Origin: Trueperaceae bacterium
GTDB lineage: Bacteria; Deinococcota; Deinococci; Deinococcales; Trueperaceae
Reading direction: 5' to 3'
NCBI GenBank assembly: GCA_965213705.1
Contig: OZ243913.1
Coordinates: 4,182,950 to 4,246,949, forward strand
DNA length: 64,000 nt
The stretch's first letter is position 1. Every line of letters starts with the position of its first letter. This document shows, piece by piece, positions 46,340-56,082 of the stretch. The translations under genes were made by a program, and so were the position numbers. Below the pieces are notes generated by a model. That model saw only the letters and a program-made list of their open reading frames with translations. It ran no database searches and was not told the DNA's origin.

Positions 46340-48064
46340 ATGCCCAGCTACACCCTCGGAATCGACTTCGGAACCTTGTCAGGCCGCGCGCTGCTCGTCG
46401 ACACCGCCGACGGGCGCGAGGTCGCCACGGCCGTGTTCGACTACCCGCACGGCGTCATCGACGAACGCTTGCCGGGCTCGGCGACACCACTGCCGCCCGA
46501 GTGGGCGCTGCAAGACCCGCTCGACTATTTAGAGACCGTCCGCCAAACCGTGCCGGCGGTCCTGAAAAAGAGCGGCGTCGACCCGAACGAGGTCGTCGGC
46601 CTCGGCATCGACTTCACAAGCTGTACGGTGCTGCCGACCCTTGCCGACGGCACGCCGCTGATGGCGCTGCCGGAATGGAGCGCTCAGCCGCACGCCTGGG
46701 TCAAGCTCTGGAAACACCACGCCGCGCAGCCGCAGGCGGACCGCATCAACGAAACCGCCCGGCAACGCAATGAGCCCTGGCTGGCGCGTTACGGCGGCAA
46801 GTACAGCAGTGAGTGGTTTTTCTCCAAAGCGCTGCAGATTTTGGAAGAAGCGCCCGAGGTTTACGGGGCGGCCGAGAGGCTGCTCGAGGCCGCCGACTGG
46901 ACCGTGTGGCAACTCACCGGGGTCGAAACGAGAAACGCCTGCACCGCCGGGTACAAGGCGCTGGTGCAAGGGGGCGAGTTCCCGTCAAAAGACTACTTCG
47001 CAGCCCTGCATCCGGACTTCGCCGACATCGTAGACGAGAAAATGAGCCGCGAGTTCGCGCAGCTCGGCGAACGGGCCGGGGGCCTCACCAAAACCTGGGC
47101 CGAGGCGACCGGATTACCCGAAAACATCGCCGTCGCAGTCGCCAACGTGGACGCGCACGTGACCGCGCCCGCCGTCAAAGCGACCGCCCCCGGCGTGATG
47201 GTGATGATCATGGGCACCTCGACCTGCGACGTGATGTCGAGTGAAACGTTGCAAGAGGTCGAGGGCATGTGCGGCGTGGTCGAAAACGGCATCATCCCCG
47301 GCCTGTACGGCTACGAGGCCGGGCAGAGCGGGGTGGGCGACATCTTCGCCTGGTTCGTGGAGCACGCGGTGCCGCAAGCGTACTACGACGCGGCGGACAA
47401 GGCGAGGCTGGATATTTACAGCTATCTCGAGCGCGAAGCCGCTACCCAGAGCGTCGGCGAACACGGGCTTTTGGCCCTCGACTGGTGGAACGGCAACCGC
47501 TCGACCTTGGTCGACGTCGAGCTGTCGGGTTTAATCGTCGGGCTGACGCTCTCGACCAGGGCACCCGACATCTACCGCGCGCTTATCGAAGCGACCGCTT
47601 ACGGCACCCGCGAGATTATCGAGGCGTTTGAAAAAGAAGGTGTGGAGGTCAAGGAACTCGTGGCGGCGGGCGGGCTGCCCGAGAAAAACGCCCTGTTACG
47701 CCAAATCTACGCCGACGTAACCGGCCGCCCCTTAAAACTCGCGGGCTCGGCGCAAGCGCCCGCGCTGGGTTCGGCCATGTTCGCGGCGGTGGCGGCGGGA
47801 ATTTACCCGGACATTCACGCGGCGTCCGAGGCGATGGGCAGCCTCAAGGAAGAGGTGGTACAGCCCATTCTCAAAAACCGAGCCGTGTACGACCGGCTTT
47901 ATAGGGAGTACAAGCGCCTTTACGACACCTTCGGACGCGGCGAGAACGACGTGATGAAGACGTTGAAGCGCGTGCGCCTCGAGGCGAAGGGGCTCGAGCA
48001 GGTTCGTCCCGAAACCGACGAAGTCGAAGCGGGCGTCCGCGAAGCGAAAGGAAGCGGCGCGTGA
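46340..48064 (+). CDS. araB: L-ribulokinase
   Basis: GIDFGTLSGRA, GIDFTSCT, KLWKHHAAQ, YEAGQS and LDWWNGNRS motifs. Confidence 0.95.
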   Translation: MPSYTLGIDFGTLSGRALLVDTADGREVATAVFDYPHGVIDERLPGSATPLPPEWALQDPLDYLETVRQTVPAVLKKSGVDPNEVVGLGIDFTSCTVLPTLADGTPLMALPEWSAQPHAWVKLWKHHAAQPQADRINETARQRNEPWLARYGGKYSSEWFFSKALQILEEAPEVYGAAERLLEAADWTVWQLTGVETRNACTAGYKALVQGGEFPSKDYFAALHPDFADIVDEKMSREFAQLGERAGGLTKTWAEATGLPENIAVAVANVDAHVTAPAVKATAPGVMVMIMGTSTCDVMSSETLQEVEGMCGVVENGIIPGLYGYEAGQSGVGDIFAWFVEHAVPQAYYDAADKARLDIYSYLEREAATQSVGEHGLLALDWWNGNRSTLVDVELSGLIVGLTLSTRAPDIYRALIEATAYGTREIIEAFEKEGVEVKELVAAGGLPEKNALLRQIYADVTGRPLKLAGSAQAPALGSAMFAAVAAGIYPDIHAASEAMGSLKEEVVQPILKNRAVYDRLYREYKRLYDTFGRGENDVMKTLKRVRLEAKGLEQVRPETDEVEAGVREAKGSGA

Positions 48065-48711
48065 CGGTTGAAGCATTAAAACAACAGGTCTGCGCCCTGC
48101 ACGCTTACTTGCCCGCCAACGGGCTCGTGAGTTGGACGAGCGGCAACCTCAGCGGACGGCTGCCGGATTCAAACCGCATGGTCATCAAACCTTCGGGCGT
48201 GCTGTTCGAGGACCTGACGCCTGACAACATGTGCGAGGTAGAGATTGAGAGCCTCGAGAATCACGGCACTTACAAGTTTTCGTCCGACACCGCCACGCAC
48301 GCTTACATTTACAAACACTTGCCCGACGTCGGCGGCATCGTTCACACCCATTCCCCTTACGCCACGGCTTGGGCGGCGGTCGGCAAAGACATCCCCTGCT
48401 TTTTAACCGCGATGGCCGACGAGTTCGGCGGTCCGATTCCCTGCGGCGGCTTCGCGCTCATCGGCGGCGAGGACATCGGCCGGGAGGTGGTGCGGGTGTT
48501 GGGAGGCCACAAGTCCCCGGCCCTCATCTTGCAAAACCACGGCGTGTTCACCGTCGGCAAAACGCCCAAAGACGCCGTGAAAGCCGCCATCATGTGCGAG
48601 GACGTGGCGCGCACGAGCTTCTTGGCCGTTCAACTCGGCACGCCGACGGCTATTTCAGAAGTGGACATCGCCAAACTTCACGACCGCTACACCAACGTTT
48701 ATGGGCAGTAA
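48061..48711 (+). CDS. araD: L-ribulose-5-phosphate 4-epimerase
   Basis: WTSGNLS, SSDTATH, HTHSPYATAWA and LQNHG motifs; ends YGQ. Confidence 0.93.
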   Translation: MTVEALKQQVCALHAYLPANGLVSWTSGNLSGRLPDSNRMVIKPSGVLFEDLTPDNMCEVEIESLENHGTYKFSSDTATHAYIYKHLPDVGGIVHTHSPYATAWAAVGKDIPCFLTAMADEFGGPIPCGGFALIGGEDIGREVVRVLGGHKSPALILQNHGVFTVGKTPKDAVKAAIMCEDVARTSFLAVQLGTPTAISEVDIAKLHDRYTNVYGQ

Positions 48712-48881
48712 CAAGTTGGGGGTCGCTCGGCTTATGCACGCTTTCTTGCCAAGGGAGCAGAAGTGCGAAGGAGCGGAGGAGAAAACGCTTTTGACTTCAC
48801 TTTTCACTTTCAACTCGGTACTCGGTACTTCCTCTCTTCCCGACGCCCGCACGGCGTAAGACGGTCGGTAAAGGACACTCC

Positions 48882-50381
48882 TTGAAAAACCTCGCTATCC
48901 CCGAAATCTGGTTCGTCTGCGGCTCGCAACATCTTTACGGCCCCGAGCCGTTGCGCCAGGTCGAGAGTAACGCTTTAAGTGTTGCCCGAGCCTTGAACGA
49001 CGCGGACGCTGTACCTTTGCAAGTCGTTTTCAAAGGCCTGCTCACGACCCCCGACGAGATTCGCGCTCTGATGTTGGGGGCCAACGCCGCTCGCGACTGC
49101 GCCGGGCTCATCTTGTGGATGCACACCTTTTCGCCCGCACGGATGTGGATAGGCGGCTTGTCCCAACTCACCAAACCCTTTTGCCACCTCCACACCCAGT
49201 ACAACCGCGACTTGCCCTGGGACAGTATCGACATGGACTTCATGAACCTCAACCAGGCCGCGCACGGCGACCGCGAGGCGGGATTCATGCACACTCGCAT
49301 GGGGCTAAAGCGCAAGGTCGTTGTGGGGCACTACAGCGACCCCGAGGTGCAAGACCGTCTCGGCACGTGGGCAAGGGTCGCGCACGCCCACCATGACTTA
49401 CAGGGCGCACGGATTGCCCGTTTCGGCGACAACATGCGCGAAGTCGCCGTGACCGAAGGCGACAAGGTGGCGGCGGAGTTGCGCTTTGGGTTCTCGGTGA
49501 ACGGTTACGGCGTGGGGGACTTGGTCGAGCGAATCGAGGCCGTGGACGACGCGGCGGTGGACGAACTTCTTAACGAGTACACCGAGCTTTACGAGGTTGC
49601 TGAAAATCTCAAAGAGGGTGACCGCCACGCCTCACTGCGCGACGGGGCGCGGCAGGAGTTGGGGCTGCGGGCCTTTCTCGAGGACGGCGCTTTCAAAGGC
49701 TTCACCACGACGTTCGAAAACCTGCACGGCCTAAAGCAACTCCCCGGACTGGCCGTGCAGCGACTGATGGCCGATGGCTACGGCTTCGGCGCGGAGGGCG
49801 ACTGGAAGACGGCGGCCTTGCTCCGGGCCATAAAGGTGATGGCGGGTGGTGAGAAAACCTCGTTTATGGAGGACTACACGTACCACTTGGAACCCGGCAA
49901 CCACCGAGTTTTAGGCGCGCACATGCTGGAGGTCTGTCCGAGCATCGCGGCGGACAAACCGCGGCTCGAGCTACACCCCTTAAGCATCGGCGGCAAAGCC
50001 GACCCGGTGCGCTTGGTGTTCGACGCGCCGCCGGGCGACGCCGTCAACGTCTCGCTCGTCGACCTGGGCAACCGCTTTCGCCTCATTGTCAACGAGGTCA
50101 CGGCCGTTGAACATCCGGAACTGCCGAACCTGCCCGTGGCGCGGGCCGTGTGGGCGTGCAAACCCGACTTCAAGACGGCCGTCGCCGCCTGGATTTACGC
50201 GGGTGGGGCGCACCACACGGTTTACAGTTACGCGGTAACGACGGAGTACCTGGAGGACTTTGCCGAGATGACCGGAGCCGAACTCGTCGTTATCGACGAC
50301 GCCACGCGGTTGCGGGAGTTCAAAAACGAGTTGCGCCACAACGACCTCGCTTACGCGCTCTCGCAAGGGTTGCGGGGGTAG
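48882..50381 (+). CDS. araA: L-arabinose isomerase
   Basis: [44 protein letters not shown] and GGAHHT motifs; TTG start. Confidence 0.96.
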   Translation: MKNLAIPEIWFVCGSQHLYGPEPLRQVESNALSVARALNDADAVPLQVVFKGLLTTPDEIRALMLGANAARDCAGLILWMHTFSPARMWIGGLSQLTKPFCHLHTQYNRDLPWDSIDMDFMNLNQAAHGDREAGFMHTRMGLKRKVVVGHYSDPEVQDRLGTWARVAHAHHDLQGARIARFGDNMREVAVTEGDKVAAELRFGFSVNGYGVGDLVERIEAVDDAAVDELLNEYTELYEVAENLKEGDRHASLRDGARQELGLRAFLEDGAFKGFTTTFENLHGLKQLPGLAVQRLMADGYGFGAEGDWKTAALLRAIKVMAGGEKTSFMEDYTYHLEPGNHRVLGAHMLEVCPSIAADKPRLELHPLSIGGKADPVRLVFDAPPGDAVNVSLVDLGNRFRLIVNEVTAVEHPELPNLPVARAVWACKPDFKTAVAAWIYAGGAHHTVYSYAVTTEYLEDFAEMTGAELVVIDDATRLREFKNELRHNDLAYALSQGLRG

Positions 50382-50549
50382 ACGGTTGCGCTCGTACAGG
50401 TTCTCTTACGGTAAGTTTGGAACTCGCCCTTGCGACAGACTACGTCTGTCCTCGAGTTTCTTGTCTCCACTGGGGATGGGGCGTTAAAATAACTCGGCAA
50501 AGCTTGACAAATCCGTCAATTGGCGACTTTGGTTACCTGGAGGCACACC

Positions 50550-50753
50550 ATGATGAAGTTCAACGTAGAAGGCATGACTTGCGACCACTGCCAAAAAGCG
50601 GTCAAGGACGCCCTCGAGGGCATTCCCGGTGTCGACAGCGCCGAGGTGGACTTACAAGAAGGCACCGCCCTCGTCCACGGCAGCGCCGACGTGCAAGTGT
50701 TGATAGGCGCGGTCGAGGACGAGGGCTATACCGCCACCCTCGCCCATGTCTGA
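50550..50753 (+). CDS. copZ: Heavy-metal (copper) chaperone
   Basis: GGAGG RBS; GMTCDHC motif; 67 aa. Confidence 0.9.
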   Translation: MMKFNVEGMTCDHCQKAVKDALEGIPGVDSAEVDLQEGTALVHGSADVQVLIGAVEDEGYTATLAHV

Positions 50754-51291
50754 AGTAGACACGGGCAAAGACATCCTGCTGGACGCGGTGCGCGCACAAG
50801 CTGACCGGGTGGCGGCGCTTGTCGTCAGCTTACCCGGTGAAGCTTGGGCGCAGGGCGATGTAGAGCAGTGGGGGCCGCCCCAGCACCTCGCACACCTTGT
50901 CGGTTCGCACGAAAGGACTGCGCAGGGTGAGCGCAAAGCCCGCCTGCCGCGTCACAAGAGGGGCGTCTCACGCTCTTACGACGAAGTTAAAAACACCTAC
51001 CTGAACGCTTTAGCGACCACCCCGGCCGAGGTGTTGCGGCCCAACCCCGTCCGACCGGACGTGCCTCGGGATTGGACGCGCGAGGACGCACTGACGGCTT
51101 TTCAAACGTCGCTCGAGACCCTCACCGCCGCGACGACTCGCTGGTCGGAATCCGACTTGGACACGCTGGCGCTGCCTCACCCCCTCATGGGTCTTCTCAG
51201 CGCTCGCGAACTGCTGCATTTTACGGCTTACCACACCGAACACCACCGCACCGGAATAGAGCGTTGGAACGAGAAGGAAAAAGATGGCTGA
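50746..51291 (+). CDS. DinB_2 family protein
   Basis: W...QHLAHL and LPHPLMG.LS.RE...F..YHTEHH motifs; overlaps both copZ and csoR. Confidence 0.8.
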   Translation: MSEVDTGKDILLDAVRAQADRVAALVVSLPGEAWAQGDVEQWGPPQHLAHLVGSHERTAQGERKARLPRHKRGVSRSYDEVKNTYLNALATTPAEVLRPNPVRPDVPRDWTREDALTAFQTSLETLTAATTRWSESDLDTLALPHPLMGLLSARELLHFTAYHTEHHRTGIERWNEKEKDG

Positions 51292-51580
51292 TGCCTCGAG
51301 CGACTGCCTGCACTTGGACCCGGACACGCGCAAAGACACCGTCCTCCGGCTCAAAAGCGCCAGGGGCCACTTAGAAGGCGTCTTGCGAATGTTGGACAAC
51401 CCCGACGTGTACTGCGTCGACGTTTTGAAACAAGTCAAGGCGGTGCAGGGCGCGCTCAGCAAAGTGAACGACAAGGTGTTGCGCAGCCACATCCGCGACC
51501 ACGTCGCCACCGCCGCGCAGCGCGGCGACACCGAGCAGGTCGTCGAGGAACTGATGGAAGCGCTGAAGTATCAGTTTTAG
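51284..51580 (+). CDS. csoR: CsoR family metal-sensing repressor
   Basis: RLKSARGHLEGVLRML...YCVDVLKQ...HIRDHV. Confidence 0.9.
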   Translation: MADASSDCLHLDPDTRKDTVLRLKSARGHLEGVLRMLDNPDVYCVDVLKQVKAVQGALSKVNDKVLRSHIRDHVATAAQRGDTEQVVEELMEALKYQF

Positions 51581-51816
51581 GCTCGAGCCCGACTTTCGGC
51601 CCTTTGGACGTTCCAACCCGTCATGCCGAGCGACAGCGAAAGAAGACGTTGGCGGTGTGGTGAGATTCTTTCACTGCGCCTCGTGAAGGACGAGTTGGGG
51701 TCGACCCAAGCGGCTTTTGACGGTTGTGCCTTTCGAGCCACACCGAGAGGTAAGTGTTTTTATCCCTAGCCCTCTCACGTTCCAGTCGGTAAGCTTGTAA
51801 GGGTGAAGGAGAATTT

Positions 51817-52485
51817 ATGAATGCCCAAAGACTCACCGTTGTCACCGCCGTCGTCGTCGCCTTGGCGCTCGTCGGCATCATCGCTTACAGCCGTTTTCAA
51901 CCGCGGGCGGACGCGGCTGTCACCACACCCGTCGCAGCTACAGGCGAACTCAGCTACGAAAACCAGCCCGCCCTCGGCGACGCAGCCGCGCCCGTGAAGC
52001 TGGCCGTGTTCGAAGACTTCAAGTGTCCGGCCTGCAAGTTTTTCGAGACAAACGTGTTTCCAGGGCTCGAGCGCGACTACATCGACACCGGCCGGGCGCA
52101 GCTCGTGTTCGTCAACTTTCCCTTTATCGGTCCCGACTCGACGACGGCGGCCGTTGCGGGCGAGTGCGCCTACCGGCAGAACGAGGCGGCATTTTGGGAG
52201 TACAAGACGGTTCTTTACCGCGCTCAGGGCGCAGAGCGCGCCGAGTGGGCGACTCCGGCACGTCTGGAAGAACTGGCGCAGAACGTCGGCGACTTGGACG
52301 CTGCCGAACTGCGCACGTGTATCGACGAACAGCGCTACGCCGCCGAAGTGACGAGCGACCTGGACATGGCCCAGGCCGTCGGCGTCAACTCGACGCCGTC
52401 TCTGTTCGTCAACGGCACTAAGCTCGAGGCCGCCAACGACTACGAGGCCGTCAAAGAGGCCATCGACGCCGCGCTCGAAAACTAG
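51817..52485 (+). CDS. DsbA/BdbD-like thiol-disulfide oxidoreductase
   Basis: N-terminal anchor; FEDFKCPAC and GVNSTPSLFVNG motifs. Confidence 0.9.
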   Translation: MNAQRLTVVTAVVVALALVGIIAYSRFQPRADAAVTTPVAATGELSYENQPALGDAAAPVKLAVFEDFKCPACKFFETNVFPGLERDYIDTGRAQLVFVNFPFIGPDSTTAAVAGECAYRQNEAAFWEYKTVLYRAQGAERAEWATPARLEELAQNVGDLDAAELRTCIDEQRYAAEVTSDLDMAQAVGVNSTPSLFVNGTKLEAANDYEAVKEAIDAALEN

Positions 52486-52612
52486 GGTAAGTTGTTGGTT
52501 TTTAGTAGACCTCTTACATAAGTCCAAATAGATAATGATGTCCGGCGGCTTTGCCGTTGCTCAGTTGATACTCTCGCAAGAGGTTTAGTAGTTAGTTTTT
52601 AGAGAAGACTTT

Positions 52613-53116
52613 TTGAACAACAACCAACAACCGACTCCCTTTCAGAACGAGGTGATTTTGCAAGACGCGGGCTACAAAAAATCTTTTCTCGACGAGTTCG
52701 GGCTGTATGCGGCGTGGCTCGTCGCGCTGACAGCGACGCTGGGCAGCCTTTACTTCAGCGAGGTGCGGCACTTCGTCCCGTGCACGCTGTGCTGGTTTCA
52801 GCGGGTATTCATGTACCCGCTCGTGGTTGTTTTGGGCGTCGCCAGTTTTCGGGGGGACCGGGGCGTCGTGAAGTACGCGCTGCCCTTGGCCGTTTTGGGC
52901 GCGCTGACGGCCGCGTACCACGTGCTCGAGCAAAACGTCCCCGGTTTCGCCGCGCCGCCGATGTGCCAGGTGGGTGTGGCGTGCAGCGCCAAGTACATCA
53001 ACTGGTTAGGTTTTATCAGCATTCCGGTGTTGGCGCTGACGGCGTTCGTGCTGACTGCTGTTTTACTGCTGTCTACCGGACGCCGGGGGACACAAAAAAT
53101 GGAGCGACAAGGTTAG
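52613..53116 (+). CDS. DsbB/BdbC disulfide bond formation protein
   Basis: GSLYFSE...PCTLCWFQRVFMYPL and a second Cys pair CQVGVAC; start uncertain. Confidence 0.88.
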   Translation: MNNNQQPTPFQNEVILQDAGYKKSFLDEFGLYAAWLVALTATLGSLYFSEVRHFVPCTLCWFQRVFMYPLVVVLGVASFRGDRGVVKYALPLAVLGALTAAYHVLEQNVPGFAAPPMCQVGVACSAKYINWLGFISIPVLALTAFVLTAVLLLSTGRRGTQKMERQG

Positions 53117-53152
53117 AAGGGAGAATACGGGTGTACCGTACTCTCCCTTCTA
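53114..53152. terminator. Hairpin between convergent genes
   Basis: TAGAAGGGAGAATACGG-gtgta-CCGTACTCTCCCTTCTA. Confidence 0.7.
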
Positions 53153-53213
53153 CGTTCTTTACCCGAACCTGTGCTCAAACCCGGCTGCACCAGGCTCGCA
53201 CAAGCTGACCGCT

Positions 53214-54359
53214 TTACTGCAGCGGTTCCAAACGCCACACGTGCCCTTCGTCCTCGTCCGTCAGCAGGTAGATGAAGCCGTCCGGCCCCTGCTCGACGTC
53301 GCGGATGCGCTTGCCGAGGGGAAGGCGCTCTTCGCCCGTCACGCTGCTCCCGTCGAGCGTCACGCGCACGAGGCCTTGGGCCGACAAACCGCCGATAAAC
53401 GCGTCACCGCGCCACTCGGGAAAAACGTCGCCCGTGTAAAAGATCATGCCCGAGGGCGAGATGACCGGCGACCAGTGCGTGAGGGCGTCGGTGAATTCCG
53501 GCCGTGTGGGCGGGTCCGGGATTTCGGTGCCGTCGTAGTTGATGCCCCAGCTCACTACCGGCCAGCCGTAGTTTTGACCCGACTCGGGCAGGTTCAGTTC
53601 GTCACCGCCGAGCGGTCCCATCTCGGCTATCCACAGCGCGCCCGTCTCCGGGTTGACGGCGGCAGCTTGAACGTTGCGGTGACCGTAAGACCAAATTTCG
53701 GGCTTGGCGTCGGCCTGGTTTACAAACGGGTTTTCCGCCGGGACGGAGCCGTCCGGGTTGAGGCGAACCACGGTGCCGAGGTGGTTGGAGAGGTCTTGTG
53801 CCGGCTCGAACTGAAACCGTTCACCCAAGGTGAAAAACAAGTAACCGTCCGGGCTGAACACGATGCGGCCGCCGAAGTGGTTGGGGCCGGTTATCCACGG
53901 CTCCTGCCGGAAAATCTCTTCAAAGCCTTCGATGCGGTCGTCCGCCCAGCGCCCGCGCCCCAGCGCCGAGGCCGCGTTCCCCTCCGGCCCCGGTGCCGCG
54001 TAAGAAAGGTAGACGAGGCTGTTCTCGGCGAAGTCCGGGTCGAGCGCTACGTCGAGGAGACCGCCCTGGCCTTCGGCGAAAACGGTGGGCGTCCCTTCGA
54101 CCGGCTCCGACAAGGTGCCGTCCGACTCGAGAACGTGCAGTTCGCCGCTGTCGCGCTCGGTGACAAGCAAGCGCCCGTCGGGCAAAAAGGCCATACCCCA
54201 GGGATGATTGAGGCCACCTACAACGTCCTGAACGGCTACCGGACCTGCCTCCGTCAGCAAAGATTCCACCTGTTTCGGCGTTTGAGCTGCTACCGGAGCC
54301 GTCAGCAGTGCGAACGACAAGGCGGCACCGACAAAGACGGCACATTTTGCTTTGTTCAC
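53214..54359 (-). CDS. PQQ-dependent soluble aldose sugar dehydrogenase (YliI/Asd family)
   Basis: Signal peptide; HPWGMAFLPDG, GQGGLLDV, HFGGRI, SYGHRN and GGDELN motifs. Confidence 0.9.
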   Translation of the reverse strand: MNKAKCAVFVGAALSFALLTAPVAAQTPKQVESLLTEAGPVAVQDVVGGLNHPWGMAFLPDGRLLVTERDSGELHVLESDGTLSEPVEGTPTVFAEGQGGLLDVALDPDFAENSLVYLSYAAPGPEGNAASALGRGRWADDRIEGFEEIFRQEPWITGPNHFGGRIVFSPDGYLFFTLGERFQFEPAQDLSNHLGTVVRLNPDGSVPAENPFVNQADAKPEIWSYGHRNVQAAAVNPETGALWIAEMGPLGGDELNLPESGQNYGWPVVSWGINYDGTEIPDPPTRPEFTDALTHWSPVISPSGMIFYTGDVFPEWRGDAFIGGLSAQGLVRVTLDGSSVTGEERLPLGKRIRDVEQGPDGFIYLLTDEDEGHVWRLEPLQ

Positions 54360-54524
54360 GTTTTACCTCCCAAAAGTAAGTTTGTGGAACGGCGCGAACG
54401 GCCACTTGTTTCATAATTTCACTCGCACGTAGTCCCGAGTATAGGTTTCAGCGCCACATGGCGAACGTGGGCGGTCGTACGGTTGGGGCTTTTATGGGGG
54501 CGCGGCACCGCCGCCTTGAAGCTC

Positions 54525-55385
54525 CTACCCTAAATCGTCGGGCGTTTTGAAGTAGTCCGGAAACTCGCGTTGAAAGCGTTCCCACGTCACGAGGTCGCGC
54601 TCCAGGTTCTTTTTCTCCGTCCACATCCAAAAGGGCGTCAGGTAAGAGCGAGCGTTTTTGAGTTCCTCGTAAAAGATGCGCGCGCTCAAGCCGCACTCGG
54701 CGAGTAAGCCCGAGGTTTCGAACGCCGTCAGCGCCGGTTTGCGGTCGTAGGGTACGCGGCGAAAGTCGGTGCGCCAGTCGCCGTTCTCGAGCTTTAAGAC
54801 AAGGTACTGCGCGCGCGGGTCGCCGTTGAAGGGTGCGCCGACCGCGCCGGTGTTCAGGACACGGTGTCCGCCCCAGGCACGGTCCAGCGGTTGGTGCGTG
54901 TGCGACCCGATAAGGATGTCCGCCGGGTGCATCTGCAGGATTTCGGACAGGGTCTCAGTGGGCGTGCGCGAGCCGTAACCCTCGCGGTAGTGGCGGGGGC
55001 TGCCGTGCGACACCAGCAGGCTCGGCGCGTGTTCGAGTTCGACCCGGTGCGTCATCGGCAAGTCGGCGAGCTTGTCGGTCCAGCCGGCGGCCTCGAGCTG
55101 CGCGGCGCTCCAGGCGGTCGCGTCCCAAAACGGGTCGCCGAACCACTCGGCGGGCAGGTCCGGGCTGCGCCGCGTCCACTTGCGCATCAGGTCGTCGTGG
55201 TTGCCCAAAACGAGGCTGTAGCCCTCGTCCCAAACCCGCTCCAACACCGCCACGTTGTCGGGACCGCGGTTGACGAAGTCGCCGTTGACGACAGTGTGGT
55301 CGACCCCTTGTGCGGCCACGTCGGCCAAAACGGCCTCGAGCGCGTAACGGTTGGCGTGGATGTCGGCGAGAACGGCTAACTTCAA
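54525..55385 (-). CDS. Calcineurin-like metallophosphoesterase
   Basis: DIHAN, GDFVNRGP, GNHD, HGSP and SHTH motifs. Confidence 0.9.
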   Translation of the reverse strand: MKLAVLADIHANRYALEAVLADVAAQGVDHTVVNGDFVNRGPDNVAVLERVWDEGYSLVLGNHDDLMRKWTRRSPDLPAEWFGDPFWDATAWSAAQLEAAGWTDKLADLPMTHRVELEHAPSLLVSHGSPRHYREGYGSRTPTETLSEILQMHPADILIGSHTHQPLDRAWGGHRVLNTGAVGAPFNGDPRAQYLVLKLENGDWRTDFRRVPYDRKPALTAFETSGLLAECGLSARIFYEELKNARSYLTPFWMWTEKKNLERDLVTWERFQREFPDYFKTPDDLG

Positions 55386-55574
55386 GATACGCCCAGTTTA
55401 ACAGGGGGTGGCTAGGGGGTGGCTGCGGACGGGTACCTGCGGCACCCGTATTCTCGTCAAGGGTCATTCGTTTTGGGTGACTCACAAACTTGGACAGCTC
55501 ACAAACAAGGACACTCAACAATATGGTTTGACAACAAAATTTGACGACGAGACTTGTCGGCACACGTCTCAACT

Positions 55575-55946
55575 TCAAGCGTCGGCGTCGTGAGTATCAC
55601 CGTCGGGAACGTCAGCGTCGTGAACGTTACCGTCGTGAGCCCTAGCGTCGGGCGTGTTCACTTCGAACAGCGTCCGGTGCTTTACGGCCTCCCCGAACAG
55701 CGCGACGCCGCTGTTCAGGGTCACCAAACTGAACGTGCCCCACACGAACCATGTCCAAAAAGAGGCGCCCCCACTTTTCAGACCGACGCTGTGCCCCAAC
55801 AGGGTTGCGCCGAGCCCGATGACGCCCAAACCGAGCGGTGCGAGCGAGCGCCACCTCCCAAAATGCTTTGTTGCGCGCTGATTCATGTTGGCCTGGTTCG
55901 TGTTGAGCTGGTTCGTGCTGGCCTGGTTCGTGTTGAGCTGGTTCAT
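55575..55946 (-). CDS. Small two-TM hypothetical protein with 5-aa repeats at both ends
   Basis: GGAGG RBS; NQLNT/NQAST repeats at the N-terminus, HDGNV/HDADV repeats at the C-terminus; NSGVALFGEAVKHR core. Confidence 0.65.
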   Translation of the reverse strand: MNQLNTNQASTNQLNTNQANMNQRATKHFGRWRSLAPLGLGVIGLGATLLGHSVGLKSGGASFWTWFVWGTFSLVTLNSGVALFGEAVKHRTLFEVNTPDARAHDGNVHDADVPDGDTHDADA

Positions 55947-56082
55947 ACCCGCCTCCCGAACTCCGCGCACGGCCGGCGTTTGGGCTGCTCGAGGCCGGGC
56001 CACTTATACCCGAACTCGCGCCGTCGCGAAGCGAAACTTATTATGGCGCAAGTCTGGGCTGCACGCTTACACTCAATGTTCT

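Noticed and set aside
50460..50485. Canonical CsoR operator
   Set aside because: A G-rich tract is present but there is no convincing TACC...GGTA-type inverted repeat
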